Assembly (NCBI RefSeq): GCF_009914755.1
Contig: NC_060934.1
Length of the DNA stretch: 64,000 nt
Reading direction: 5' to 3' (one strand)
Origin: the human T2T-CHM13v2.0 reference genome, Homo sapiens
A program made the position numbers and the translations under genes. Position 1 is the stretch's first letter. Each line of letters starts with the position of its first letter. This document shows, piece by piece, positions 32,711-50,192 of the stretch. Under the pieces are notes generated by a model that saw only the letters and a list, made by a program, of their open reading frames with translations, was not told where the DNA came from and did not search any database.

Positions 32711-33312
32711 GTGAGTAAATAATTTTTATGTTGTTTCTTTATCCATTAAGCAGTCATTGAACCTAGTGATTTAAGAGAACCATGTTTTGGTTCAGAGTGC
32801 TTGCATTTGAATTCTGGCTGCACTCACTGCCTTGGCAAATTTACCTGTTATATTAGTTAGAGTTCTCCAAAGAAAAAGAACCAATAAGATATATGCATAC
32901 GGTGCGTGTGTATGTGTATGTATATGTACATAGAGAGACAGGCCAAGGGGCCATGGCTCACACCTGTAATTCAAGCACTTCGAGAGGCTGAGACAGAAAG
33001 ATCACTTGAGGCCAAGAGTTCAAGACCAACTTGGGGAACATAAGGAGACTCCATCTCTACAAAAAAATTAAAGTAAAAATTAGCTGGGCATGGTGGTATG
33101 CAGCTAGCTAATAGAGATACCATTGCACATAATTGCACCCCAGCCTGAGATAGAGTCTCCCTCTGTTGCCCAGGCTAGACTGCAGTGGTGCAATCTTGGC
33201 CACTCTGCACCTCCTGGGTTCAAGCAATTCTTGTGCCTCAACCTCCCAAGTAGCTGAGATTACAGGCCCAGCTAATTTTTTGTATAAATTAGCTGCCACC
33301 AGGCCCAGCTAA

Positions 33313-33462
<150 letters not shown>

Positions 33463-33639
33463 TAATTAAAAACTGTTATGGCAACATGAATAAACCTAGT
33501 ATTAATGTATTACGAGTAATAGCAAGAAAAGGTCGTTTCATTACAGAGCCATGCCAAATATTGTAACTGTAATGCCCAAATACTAGATTTTTAAAGTAAT
33601 CATATTGTTTTTATTTCACAATATTAAATTCTTTTTTGA

Positions 33640-33783
<144 letters not shown>

Positions 33784-34454
33784 TAAAGACTGACTTCTCC
33801 AAATTATTACTTAAAAATTCAAGTAATCAAATTACATATTTGAGTCTCAGATATTCACAGTAACCACTTGCACTTATTTCCAGGTTATCTAAAGTTTACT
33901 AGTAACTTGTATTCATTTAGAAATTAACTCTTCTTTCATCTCCCTGTGTTTTTTAAAATATATTGCTTTGAACATGAGTATAGCATGTATTTATTTATTT
34001 TTGTATTTACATATTTATTTATTTTTTTCTTTGTTGAGACAGGGTCTCACTTTGTCATCCAGGTTGTGCAGTGCAGTGACTTGACCTTGGCTCACTGCAG
34101 CCTCGACCTCTGGGGCTCAAGCAATCCCCCTGCCTTAGCCTCCCAAGTGTCTGGGACTAGAGGTGTGTGCCATTACTCTTGGCTTTTTTTTTTTTTTTTT
34201 TTTTTTTTTTTGTAGAGACAAGGTTCCCAGGCTGCTCTTTAACTCCTGGGCCCAAGGGATCCTCCCACCTCAGCCTCCCAAAATGCTACGATTACAGGCA
34301 TGAGCTACCACGGCCCATTAAGTATGGCATTTTATGTGAAGAGTATTGAATCCTTTCCGCTCCTCTGCATTATACAAAAGTGGTATATTTTGTAGTCCAA
34401 CTGATTTACAATGTTTTTCTCTATGCAAAGAAAGTCAGATTAAGTGACTTATTA

Positions 34455-34836
<382 letters not shown>

Positions 34837-35074
34837 TTATCTAATAAGGTTTCTTTATTTTAATGGAATATCTAACCAATGATACCAAAGATAATCTAGT
34901 ATTAATTTATCTTTTTTGTAGATTCTGATAAACAGTACGAAAGATGTTTTGCTTTTGAGAGATGTTTTCTGTACTTTTCAAAGCCATCAATGAGTATCTT
35001 TATTTTGGAGGAAATAAATAGGGTTTGCCTCCTTTGTAACTCTTTTTTTCTGGAAATTCTAACATTAAAACTAG

Positions 35075-35221
<147 letters not shown>

Positions 35222-36494
35222 TAAGTACTTTTTTAAAACATCCAACAGGCCAGGCGTGGTGGCTCACACCTGTAATCCCAGCACTTTGGGAGGCCAAGGC
35301 GGGCAGATCACCTGAGGTCAGGAGTTAGAGACCAGCCTAGCTAACGTGGCAAAACCCCATCTCTACTAAAAATACAAAAATTAGCTGGGCGTGGTGGCAT
35401 GCGCCTGTAATCCCAGCTACTAAGGAGGCTGAGGCAGGGAGAATCACTTGAACCCAGGAGATGGAGGTTGCAGTGAGCTGAGATCCCGCCATTGCACTCC
35501 AGACTGGGAAACAAAGTGAAAATCTCTCTCAAAAAAAAAAAAGTCCAACTAAAAATAAATATAAAAAATTAAAAAAATGAAAAGTCTAACAAATTATAGA
35601 GACTACATTTCATTAACTTCCACTGTTTTCTTTGTTAGTTTACACTAAATAAAATTTGTTATTTATCCCAGAATAGGCTAGAAAGGTATAACGGGTTCTT
35701 TTTTCCACTGAAGATGAAAAATAGGAGTGATTATTCTTGGCTATTCAGAGGTCCTTGAAGGTCCTTTGATCTTCAGAGAGGAACTCACAATTTCTGTTTT
35801 TCTGACTTTTATCCCAAGTGAAATTGATTCTTACCAATTAAGCATCAGTAAAATGACCAGAATAACTATAACATGATGAAGGGTTAATAACTGAAAACAT
35901 ATTCAAATATACATGGCCACCACTAAGACCTTGATCAACAAAAGGACAAAGAAAATGAATACACAGTTAACACATATATGTATATATGGGACTGTGTTCT
36001 TTTCACTAGTAGTAATTAAATAAATGCTAATATAAGAAAGAGTAAATGAACCATCTTACACTATTAAATGGGCAAAAGAAAGGAATACCGATGGTCCAGT
36101 TAGTAATACTACCAAAAAAGCACACTAATATTTTTCTGGGGGCATTGTAAATTAGCATAGTGCTTTCTGGAGGAAATCTGCCAATATGTTTTTAAATATA
36201 AAAGTTTTTAATTCTCTTTGATCTAGTGGCTTATGCTTTGGAATTTATTCTAAGGAAATTGTTCAAATGAACAAAATACACATAAATGAAATCACTTGTA
36301 GCAACATTGTTTCTAATAGGGAGAAACTAGAAATTACTTAAGTTCATCATAGAAACATGGATAAATGATTGATTATCAACTTAGAAACATATTGTATTCT
36401 TGGCCGGGTGCCGTGGCTCATGCCTGTAATCCCAGCACTCTGGGAGGCCGAGGCGGGTAGATCACTTGAGGTTGAGGTCAGGAGTTCTAGACTA

Positions 36495-36835
<341 letters not shown>

Positions 36836-36914
36836 TCATGTGGAAGTACAAAGTTCAACAGTTATGAATACCTAAAACTTTTTACTAAGTTTGGTAAAAT
36901 CTGATCTATGCTGA

Positions 36915-37061
<147 letters not shown>

Positions 37062-37890
37062 TGAGTAGCTGGGATTATAGGTGCCCGCCACCACGCCCAG
37101 CTAATTTTTGTATTTTTAGTAGAGACACAGTTTCACCATGTTGGCCAGGCTGGTCTCGAGCTCCTGACCTCAGGTGGTTCACCCGCCTCGGCCTCCCAAA
37201 GTGCTAGGATTACAGGCATGAGCCACCGTGCCTGGCCAGGGGTATTTATAGTCTGTTGATTCCAGTTCATGTGATTATTCATATGATTTGCCACTAGGGA
37301 TATTTCATAATATGCAGTATATTTACCACATTACTTTTCTAAAATCTAAACATTTTTGAATTGTGATTTCAAAGAAATCTGACTTTGAAATCTTATTTCG
37401 AAATCTGATTCTAAGGATTTCAGATAAGCTATTGGAAAATATCACAAATGACAAAAATTTTGCATTAAGATAAAATTGTTGATAAATTTAAGTCACTTTG
37501 TTTATCATAAGGGTCTAATTTTAATAAAACTTTTTTTGTAAAATATCATATACGTGTATTATTATTATCACTTCATCAATGTGAGGCATAAATGACATTT
37601 GTTGTTAAAACTTTCAGTATACTTTCATTTATTTACTTATTTGTCTTTTTTTTTTTTCTTTGAGACAGAGTCTCGCTTTGTTGCCCGGGCTGGAGTGCTG
37701 GAGTGCAGGGGCACAATCTAAGTTCACTGCAAGCTCTACCTCCTGGGTTCACGCCATTCTCCTGCCTCAGTCTCCTGAGTAGCTGGGACTACAGGCACCC
37801 ACCACCACGCCCGGCTAATTTTTTGTATTTTTAGTAGAGATGAGGTTTCACCATGTTAGCCAGGATGGTCTTGATCTCCTGACCTCGTGA

Positions 37891-38103
<213 letters not shown>

Positions 38104-38682
38104 TAGAGGCATGAGCCACCACACCCGGCTAATTTTAAAAAGTCCTATAAGAACATTAGAGTTCTGGGATTATTTTTGTTTGTTTAAGAGACAGGGTCTC
38201 ACTGTATTACCCAGGCTGGAGTGCAGTGATGTGATCATAGCTTACTGTAGCCTTGAACTCCTGGGAAAAGCAATTCTCCCACCTCAGCCTCCCCAGTAGC
38301 TGGGACTACAGGTGCTTGCCACAATGCCCAGCTAGTTTTTAAATTGTAGAGATAGGTCTCACTATGTTGCCCAAGCTGGTTTCAAACTCCTGGGCTCATG
38401 GGATCCTCTCCATTTGGCTTCCCAAAGTGCTAGGATTACAGATGTGAGCCACCATGCCTGGATAAGAACATTAGACTTCTCTTACCATTTTTTATATCTA
38501 AGTGGAATAGTATAGTATTATGTGTCAGTGTTGAATTATTTTAAAATATTATGCACTGAAACATGCTAATAATCTGGGTCAGTTTCTATCTTGACCTAGG
38601 CTTAAACATATTAGCTAACGTGAGGGGCCTAAAATTAATATTGATTCCATACCATCTCCTTATTTATTTATTTAGTTTTTGA

Positions 38683-39017
<335 letters not shown>

Positions 39018-39088
39018 TAACATTCATTTTTAGTCAATGGGAGGTAAAGGTTTTAAATACATTTATATACTTTTCTTTGCATACATAG

Positions 39089-39195
39089 ATATTAATATGA
39101 TGGATATCCTTACAACACCATCAATGGCAAAACCTAGACAAGATTATTCAAGAACCCCAGGACAAGTGTTATCGCTTATCAGCTCGTTGGGATTT
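39089..39195 (+). CDS. MASTL: MASTL exon 5 (INMMDILTTPS...RTPGQVLSLISSLGF) with CDK sites T194 and T207
   Basis: catag| acceptor and TTT|GTAAGT donor; 107 nt. Confidence 0.97.
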
Positions 39196-39413
39196 GTAAG
39201 TACTTGTGAAGAAAATTAACATGACATACCCCTTCATGATCACCACTTAAAATTTAAAATCACCTTTAAAAAAAAAGATCAAAATAGATTTAAATATCAA
39301 GCATTTGGATTTACTTTAACAGTTTGTCTACTTAGGTGGTATAACAGTCTATGTACTTAGGTGGTGTTTTGGGGAAGGTAAACCTGTTGTTTTTATTTTT
39401 CTCTTTTTAATAG

Positions 39414-39564
39414 AACACACCAATTGCAGAAAAAAATCAAGACCCTGCAAACATCCTTTCAGCCTGTCTGTCTGAAACATCACAGCTTTCTCAAGGACTC
39501 GTATGCCCTATGTCTGTAGATCAAAAGGACACTACGCCTTATTCTAGCAAATTACTAAAATCAT
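39414..39564 (+). CDS. MASTL: MASTL exon 6 (NTPIAEKNQ...SKLLKS)
   Basis: taatag| acceptor and CAT|GTGAGT donor; 151 nt; preceded by a 218-nt intron. Confidence 0.96.
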
Positions 39565-39669
39565 GTGAGTATAAAAGAAAAGGTAGGCCAGGCGCAGAGG
39601 CTTACACCTGTAATACTACCACATTGGGAGGCTGAGGCAGGATTTCTTTCTTTTTGAGACGGAGTCTTA

Positions 39670-40225
<556 letters not shown>

Positions 40226-41102
40226 TCAAAACAAGCAAGCAATTTACCATTATTTATTTGCTTTATCCAGTAGTATTTTTTAAAAATCCCTTGTAAGTGT
40301 GTATAATTGACATTTGTAAGCGCATAAACCTCAGTGTTAATAAATACAAGTTGAATTAAATACAAGTGTTAAATTAAATACAAGTTGAATTGAGTAAATG
40401 TAGTCATATTCTAACCTTATAGCACGTCTGGATATACCACATCAATAATGTTCCTTTGTCAGGAATGGGTTCAAATTGGATGATAGCTATTCCAAATTGA
40501 TTTGCTCCTAGTTATACATTAATTTGGTGGTTCATACCTGTAAGTACAGCACTTTGGGAGGCTGAGGCGAGAGGATCACTTGAACCCAGGAGTTTGAGAC
40601 CAGCCTGGGCAATATAGTGAGACCCCCATCTCTAGAAAAAATTAAAAGCATTAGCCAGATTTGGTGGTCCTCACGACTCAGGAGGCTGAGATGAGAGTAT
40701 TGCTTGAGCCCAGGAGGTCAAGGCTGCAGTGAGAGTAATCATACCACTGCACTCTAGCCTGGATGACAGAGGGAGATCCTGCCATGAATTAGTCAATCAA
40801 TCGACCATTCCCTTGTTCTTATTCTTTACTGAATGAACGTTAAGGGGATTTTGTTCGGTTCTAACTTTCATAGCAGTACTTGTGTCTAAACATAGTGGGA
40901 TATGTTTAGATATATTAATAGTATATGTATCTAAACATAATGGGAAGCATGCCAGCTGTTCTTGTGGACTAGATAGTGTTTACAAAGAAATAGTTCTGAT
41001 ATGTAATTCTTGATACTTTGCTTAATTATATGTAAAGATTCAGGTTCAGTAAGGAACTAAGAAAGCTGTAACATAGAATTCAATATTGTCTCTTCTCTAT
41101 AG

Positions 41103-41275
41103 GTCTTGAAACAGTTGCCTCCAACCCAGGAATGCCTGTGAAGTGTCTAACTTCTAATTTACTCCAGTCTAGGAAAAGGCTGGCCACATCCAGTGCCAGT
41201 AGTCAATCCCACACCTTCATATCCAGTGTGGAATCAGAATGCCACAGCAGTCCCAAATGGGAAAAAGATTGCCAG
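41103..41275 (+). CDS. MASTL: MASTL exon 7 (LETVASNPG...WEKDCQ)
   Basis: ctatag| acceptor and CAG|GTTTGA donor; 173 nt. Confidence 0.95.
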
Positions 41276-41750
41276 GTTTGAGGGACATTTATCTTAATGA
41301 AAATCAATTATGTATGTCAAATGAATGTGAGAAATATTATACCTTTTCATATAAATTCCATAAAGAAATGAAATTGTTACATGAATGGCAGTCATAGTAT
41401 TAATCAGAAATTCATTTTCCTGCACATTCTGTCAAATTCTTTTGAAATATTTCATTTCTCATTCAATTGTGACATTGTTCTTACTTGATTATATAATGAG
41501 ATTCTTGCAGTAAATTGATAATAAATGCTTGGCTTCTGTGTATCTAGGTGGACCTCACTTGTTTTTAGAAGTCCTTCCCATGATACAGACATTGGCTTGT
41601 TGGTTTTGTTTTATTTTGTTTTTAACCTATGTCATTTAAAAACTCATATTACCTCCTTCTATACTGTTTCCTGTCAGTTTCTTGTTTAATGGAATGGTAA
41701 CTCTTCTGGATCAGAAATAACTTTTAGACCGGAAAGGTAACGTGGGTGTG

Positions 41751-41978
41751 CCCTTAAAGTGTCTGTTCTGAGGATATTGCTTGCCAAATGAATGGACTTA
41801 CTTAAAGTCACTTTACTTAACTTACATATTGTTTTTGCCTTTTTAAACAGTTATTAGAGCTAAGCCCTTAAAGTGTCTGTTCTGAGGATATTGCTTGCCA
41901 AATGAATGGATTTACTTAAAGTCACTTTACTTAACTTACATATTGTTTTTGCCTTTTTAAACAGTTATTAGAGCTAAG
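41751..41978. repeat. 114-bp tandem duplication (2 copies, 1 mismatch)
   Basis: 41751-41864 versus 41865-41978; only difference is GGACTTA versus GGATTTA. Confidence 0.97.
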
Positions 41979-43354
41979 AGATACTAAAGGTGGTAAGAAC
42001 TAAAATTTAAAATCATAATAAGGTTTCCTTCATAGAAGGCTGATAAAATAATGATAGATTAGGATAACACTAATATCCAAAGAATAAACCTTTTATTTGC
42101 TAAAATAATTTTGATTCTATTTGCTGCTTATTCTCAGCAATAGAATTTTATTATTATTGGATATTTGTATTCTATAAGCAAGATCAAATTAACGTTTAAC
42201 TAAGGCAGAGTTTCTTAATCTTTTTTCCTTCTGTCTTTATAAAGTAAAGGTACTATATGCTGCAAGATAAACAGATTTCCATTCCCAGTACTATTACTGC
42301 ACTCCTTTCCTATTGAAGAAAACATATTGTTTACTATTTCAAATTATACACAGCTTTACTATCCTCCCACTTCTGCATCCCTGAGGGATGCACCGATGGG
42401 ATTATAGTGGTGCTTCTCAAGTTATGATCAGAGGAATGATAAGGCACCCTCTGAAAAACCTTACACTGATCCCCACATGCATCATTTTCTGTGCTTACAG
42501 ATCAGTGAGATATAATTCAAGAATATCCTTTTTTAGGCCAGGCGCGGTGGCTCACGCCTGTAATCCCAGCACTTTGAGAGGCTAAAGTGGGTAGATCACC
42601 TGAGGTCAGGAGTTTGAGACCAGCCTGGCCAACATGGCAAAACCCCGTCTCTACTAAAAATACAAAAATTAACTGGGCGTGGTGGTGGGCGCCTGTAATC
42701 CCAGCTACTCAGGAGGCTGAGGCAGGAGAATTGCTTGAACCCGGGAGGCAGAGGTTGCAGTGAGCGGACATCATGCCTCCAGACTGGGCAACGAGCAAAA
42801 CTCCATCTTCAAAAAAAAATATCCTTTTTGCTTGAGACTAAATGCTCATTATTATTACTAAGTTAATGATAGTTAATAAAGTTTACTATTCATTTACACA
42901 TCAAAAATAAGCACTATTAGAGTTTACTGAAGACTCACTCTACTTGACTAATCTTGTAAAAATCTTGATCACCAAGCACCAATTTGCAATATTATATACA
43001 AAGCTGAGTACCCACAAATACCCACAGATAGTTGGAATTCAGGAAAAAAAATCATTATTAATGCATTATCAGTTCATCTTGTTGACAATGGACTTTAATT
43101 TCTGCTCTTTGGGGTTTGTAATTATTAATTACCATTAATGTCATTTCATCCTTATCAGCTTGGTTTTTTAATACTTATATGAAGTGATATATATTTACAC
43201 TGACAATATTTTAGGTCTATAATTTTTCATTGACTAAATTTCAAGCCCTGTGCATTTTGCAGTTCAAAACAGAATCATCCAGGCCAGGTGTGGTAGCTTA
43301 CACCTGTAATCCCAGCACTTTGGGAGGCCTAGGCAGGTGGATCACCTGAGGTCA

Positions 43355-43678
<324 letters not shown>

Positions 43679-43944
43679 TTAAGTAGCCTGTGATATACAA
43701 TCAAAATAAGTATTATAGAATAATTTATTTAAAGTTTAGACCGTTTCATTCAGAATAATGTATATAAGCTTATAATTGCTTACATTGCTTTTTAATTCTC
43801 TGTTGTTTATTTTTTCCATTTGAAAGTGGCAACAGGTAGCATAATAGTTTATGGGGTCATTTATCCTACCTTAACGGACCATAGTTAAAAGGTCAATGAA
43901 TCTCAGCTTTATATAACTAAAACAAATATTTTTTTCCCTCTTAG

Positions 43945-45084
43945 GAAAGTGATGAAGCATTGGGCCCAACAATGATGAGTTGGAATGCAGTTGAAAAGTT
44001 ATGCGCAAAATCTGCAAATGCCATTGAGACGAAAGGTTTCAATAAAAAGGATCTGGAGTTAGCTCTTTCTCCCATTCATAACAGCAGTGCCCTTCCCACC
44101 ACTGGACGCTCTTGTGTAAACCTTGCTAAAAAATGCTTCTCTGGGGAAGTTTCTTGGGAAGCAGTAGAACTGGATGTAAATAATATAAATATGGACACTG
44201 ACACAAGTCAGTTAGGTTTCCATCAGTCAAATCAGTGGGCTGTGGATTCTGGTGGGATATCTGAAGAGCACCTTGGGAAAAGAAGTTTAAAAAGAAATTT
44301 TGAGTTGGTTGACTCCAGTCCTTGTAAAAAAATTATACAGAATAAAAAAACTTGTGTAGAGTATAAGCATAACGAAATGACAAATTGTTATACAAATCAA
44401 AATACAGGCTTAACAGTTGAAGTGCAGGACCTTAAGCTATCAGTGCACAAAAGTCAACAAAATGACTGTGCTAATAAGGAGAACATTGTCAATTCTTTTA
44501 CTGATAAACAACAAACACCAGAAAAATTACCTATACCAATGATAGCAAAAAACCTTATGTGTGAACTCGATGAAGACTGTGAAAAGAATAGTAAGAGGGA
44601 CTACTTAAGTTCTAGTTTTCTATGTTCTGATGATGATAGAGCTTCTAAAAATATTTCTATGAACTCTGATTCATCTTTTCCTGGAATTTCTATAATGGAA
44701 AGTCCATTAGAAAGTCAGCCCTTAGATTCAGATAGAAGCATTAAAGAATCCTCTTTTGAAGAATCAAATATTGAAGATCCACTTATTGTAACACCAGATT
44801 GCCAAGAAAAGACCTCACCAAAAGGTGTCGAGAACCCTGCTGTACAAGAGAGTAACCAAAAAATGTTAGGTCCTCCTTTGGAGGTGCTGAAAACGTTAGC
44901 CTCTAAAAGAAATGCTGTTGCTTTTCGAAGTTTTAACAGTCATATTAATGCATCCAATAACTCAGAACCATCCAGAATGAACATGACTTCTTTAGATGCA
45001 ATGGATATTTCGTGTGCCTACAGTGGTTCATATCCCATGGCTATAACCCCTACTCAAAAAAGAAGATCCTGTATGCCACATCAG
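43945..45084 (+). CDS. MASTL: MASTL exon 8, 380 codons of the non-conserved middle region inserted in the activation segment
   Basis: cttag| acceptor and CAG|GTATAT donor; 1140 nt, phase 0-0; longest ORF in the track (43960..45096). Confidence 0.97.
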
Positions 45085-45333
45085 GTATATTTATAACTTT
45101 CTAATACTGTTTTTTGGATTTTAGAAAAACTATGAAGACAGACATTTGCCTCTAAGCTAGACTATGCGGTATTAATCATATAGTTCTGTTCTTCTTGTTG
45201 AGAATCTGTGGGCTGTTGGAAGTTTTCACCCAGAAAAGTAAAGCTGGTAGAAATCATGTTTATTATTTTTAGCTGTAATGCCTCCTTCCATTTGTGTCGT
45301 TTTATGTACTTTCCTAAGAAAATACAATCACAT

Positions 45334-45414
45334 ATTTTCACTTGATCCCCACAGTACTATGAGTTACAAAATTGATTTTCACTTGATCCCCACAGTACTA
45401 TGAGTTACAAAATT
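45334..45414. repeat. 41-bp-period tandem duplication next to the (ATT)n tail of an antisense Alu
   Basis: ATTTTCACTTGATCCCCACAGTACTATGAGTTACAAAATT at 45334 and 45375. Confidence 0.95.
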
Positions 45415-45801
45415 ATTATTATTATTATTATTATTATTATTGAGACAGTCTCGTTCTTTTGCCCAGGCTGGAGTGCAGTAGTGTGATCTTGGCTCATTGC
45501 ACACTTCACCCCCAGGTTCAAGCGATTCTCCTGCCTCAGCCTCCCAAGTAGCTGGGATTATAGGGGCCCACCACCACACCTGGCTAATTTTTGTATTTTT
45601 AGTAGAGTCGGAATTTCACCATGTTGCCCAGGCTGATCTCAAACTCGTGACCTCAAGCAATCCGCCCACCTCGGCCTCTCAAAGTGCTAGGATTACAGGT
45701 GTGAGCCACCTCACCTGGCCAGAGATAATTTAAGTCCGCTCTACCTTACTGCCTTCCAAGGACATATTTAGATGATCTCTTCTTAAGAGAATAAAAGTTG
45801 A

Positions 45802-45942
<141 letters not shown>

Positions 45943-46483
45943 TGAGTAGCTAGGACTACAGGCATGTGCCACCATGCCCAGCTAATTTTTGTATTTTTAG
46001 TAGAGATGGGGTTTCACCACGTTGGCCAGGATGGTCTCGATCTCTTGACCTTGTGATCTGCCTGCCTTGGCCTCCCAAAGTGCTGGGATTACGGGCATGA
46101 GCCACCATGCCCAGCGAAAAATATATATTTCAAAGCTTACTCTCTATATTCTAAACCTTTACCAACCCAAAGTTTTACTTTTTTTCTTCCTTTGGGAAAA
46201 CATCATAACATAAAATGTGTAACCCCTGAATTTATGTTTCGAAACTTGAGTTTTCTACCCAAGACTTACTATTAAATGACTTAGAAGTCCCTTAACCTCA
46301 GACCTGCAATTTTTCTAAATGTCTGTAAGGGATAATGGCACCTGTCTTGCTGGTCTTACAAAGTTGTTGTGAATGCCAGGCGTGGTGGCTCACACCATCT
46401 TTGGGAGGCCAAGGTGGGAGGATCACCTGAGGTCGGGAGATCGAGACCAGCCTGACCAACATGGAGAAACCCCGTCTCTACTA

Positions 46484-46642
<159 letters not shown>

Positions 46643-47107
46643 TCAAAAAAAAAAACTTGTTGTGAAATAACAAATTATCCTAAAAATTTTTAAATGCTAT
46701 TTAGTACAATAGGTTATATGTAGTTCTGTCTTACGTGTTGTCTTAATCATTTGTTAGCCATAGCCTTCCTCAGTGGCTCTTCTTAAGCTTGTATTAGTCC
46801 ATGCTATCAGTCTTCTTGCAGATTTTTTCACTGAACATTTTTCTTGCAGATTTTTTTTATTGTTTCTTATCTAGATCTTATTGGAATAATCAGTGTTGTC
46901 TAAGCTTTTGAACTTCACCAGATAAAAGGACTTTTTCATAATTATAACTAATTATGCATTCATTTTCAAAACTTATCAAAAATTTGACTACATCCTTTAC
47001 GCCTAGTAGCCTAAGAGCTAGTTATTTGGCTTGTGTGTTTCACCATTTTCTATTCGGTGTAAAAGGAATTAAGATATTTGTTATCTCTTAAACCCTTTTT
47101 GAATTAG

Positions 47108-47249
47108 CAGACCCCAAATCAGATCAAGTCGGGAACTCCATACCGAACTCCGAAGAGTGTGAGAAGAGGGGTGGCCCCCGTTGATGATGGGCGAATTCTA
47201 GGAACCCCAGACTACCTTGCACCTGAGCTGTTACTAGGCAGGGCCCATG
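47108..47249 (+). CDS. MASTL: MASTL exon 9 ([17 protein letters not shown]...[18 protein letters not shown]); NAGNAG alternative start at 47111
   Basis: TAGCAG tandem acceptor; ATG|GTAAGG donor; GTPDYLAPE motif (T741). Confidence 0.97.
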
Positions 47250-47589
47250 GTAAGGCATGCATGTCTTGAGTTTTTGAAGTGTTATCTATCACTACATTAT
47301 CTTTCAAGGTTAAATTTTAAAAAATTTCTTCAGTACTTACGTTACCTAAAGTAAAAGAAAATGAACTCATCTAGTATATATATGGCATTTGTCATAGGAA
47401 AATAAACTAGCAGTAGCCATGGCTGTCCCACTCTCTGAATGTAAAAGACCAGATGCTGGAGTACATGTAGTCATTTGTCCTTTGCCTTCTGGTTCAGTCT
47501 CAATGTTCCAGAGAAGCCCCACCTGCCACCCTTGATATTATCTTATCTCTTTTTTTATTTTTTTATTTATTTTTATTTTTATTTTTTGA

Positions 47590-47694
<105 letters not shown>

Positions 47695-48028
47695 TGAGTA
47701 GCTGGGATTACAGGCATCCACCATCATGCCCGCCTAATTTTTGTATTTTTAGTAGAGACAGTTTCACCATGTTAGCCAGACTGGTCTTTAACTCCTGACC
47801 TCAGGTGATCCTCCCACCTTGGCCTCCCAAAGTGCTGGGATTACAGGCGTGAGCCACCGTACCCGGCCTATCTTACCTCTTAATGTTTCTTCAGGTTGGA
47901 TGGAGTTTGGGCTCAGGACCACAATGTTGGGTCTAAATTTCTGTTCAGTCTTCAGAAGCCTATTCCTGTTTAGAACTTATTCTCAGTTATATCCTTACCA
48001 GAAGAGTCAAGCCAGAAATGAACCATCA

Positions 48029-48903
<875 letters not shown>

Positions 48904-49147
48904 TCAACCTCTTCTACATGTTGATGTTAGTTACTTCCCTTTTCTTTGAGCTCTTTTCATGATCATCTGTTTCATCCTCCCCACCCCACCTCTCACACCC
49001 TTTCTTCTGTTTGTATTTCCTTGCCGGCTTTTATCCTCAGCCTGAAAATAAGTTTCCACCCTTGTCTCCCCAACATTGCCTAACTTCTCAAAGGTTTCCT
49101 CTTTGTTTGATTATTTTGCTCTGGCAACTTATCATCTCACTATTTAA

Positions 49148-49479
<332 letters not shown>

Positions 49480-49889
49480 TGAAACTTCTTAATGGGCACC
49501 AGTGATTTCCTTATTGTCAAATCCAATTGTCTCTTCTCATTCCCCTGACCTCTGTTGCTGCTCTTCAGTTCCTTCCTTACCTCTTCTAAATATAGTTCTT
49601 GGAGATTCTGCCTTTACCCTTTTTGCCCTACACGTGCTCCATGTTCATCTCATCACTCCCATGACGTCAGTTTGTCACCTCCATGTTGATGATTCCCAAA
49701 TCTCTGTCTCTAATCCTGACTTTCTCTAGGCAGCAGACAGACAGCCAATCTGGCTATTCAGTATTCTACTGATCTTTCAAATGTTGGGTCTCAAAACTGG
49801 ACTTGTGGGGCCTGGTGCTGTGGCACATGGCTGTAATCCCAGCACTTTGGGAGGCCAAGTTGGGTAGATCACTTGAGGTCAGGAGTTCA

Positions 49890-50192
<303 letters not shown>

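Noticed and set aside
37365-37392. 10-bp perfect inverted repeat (GATTTCAAAG...CTTTGAAATC)
   Set aside because: Short AT-rich hairpin in a probable DNA-transposon remnant; too small for a pre-miRNA.
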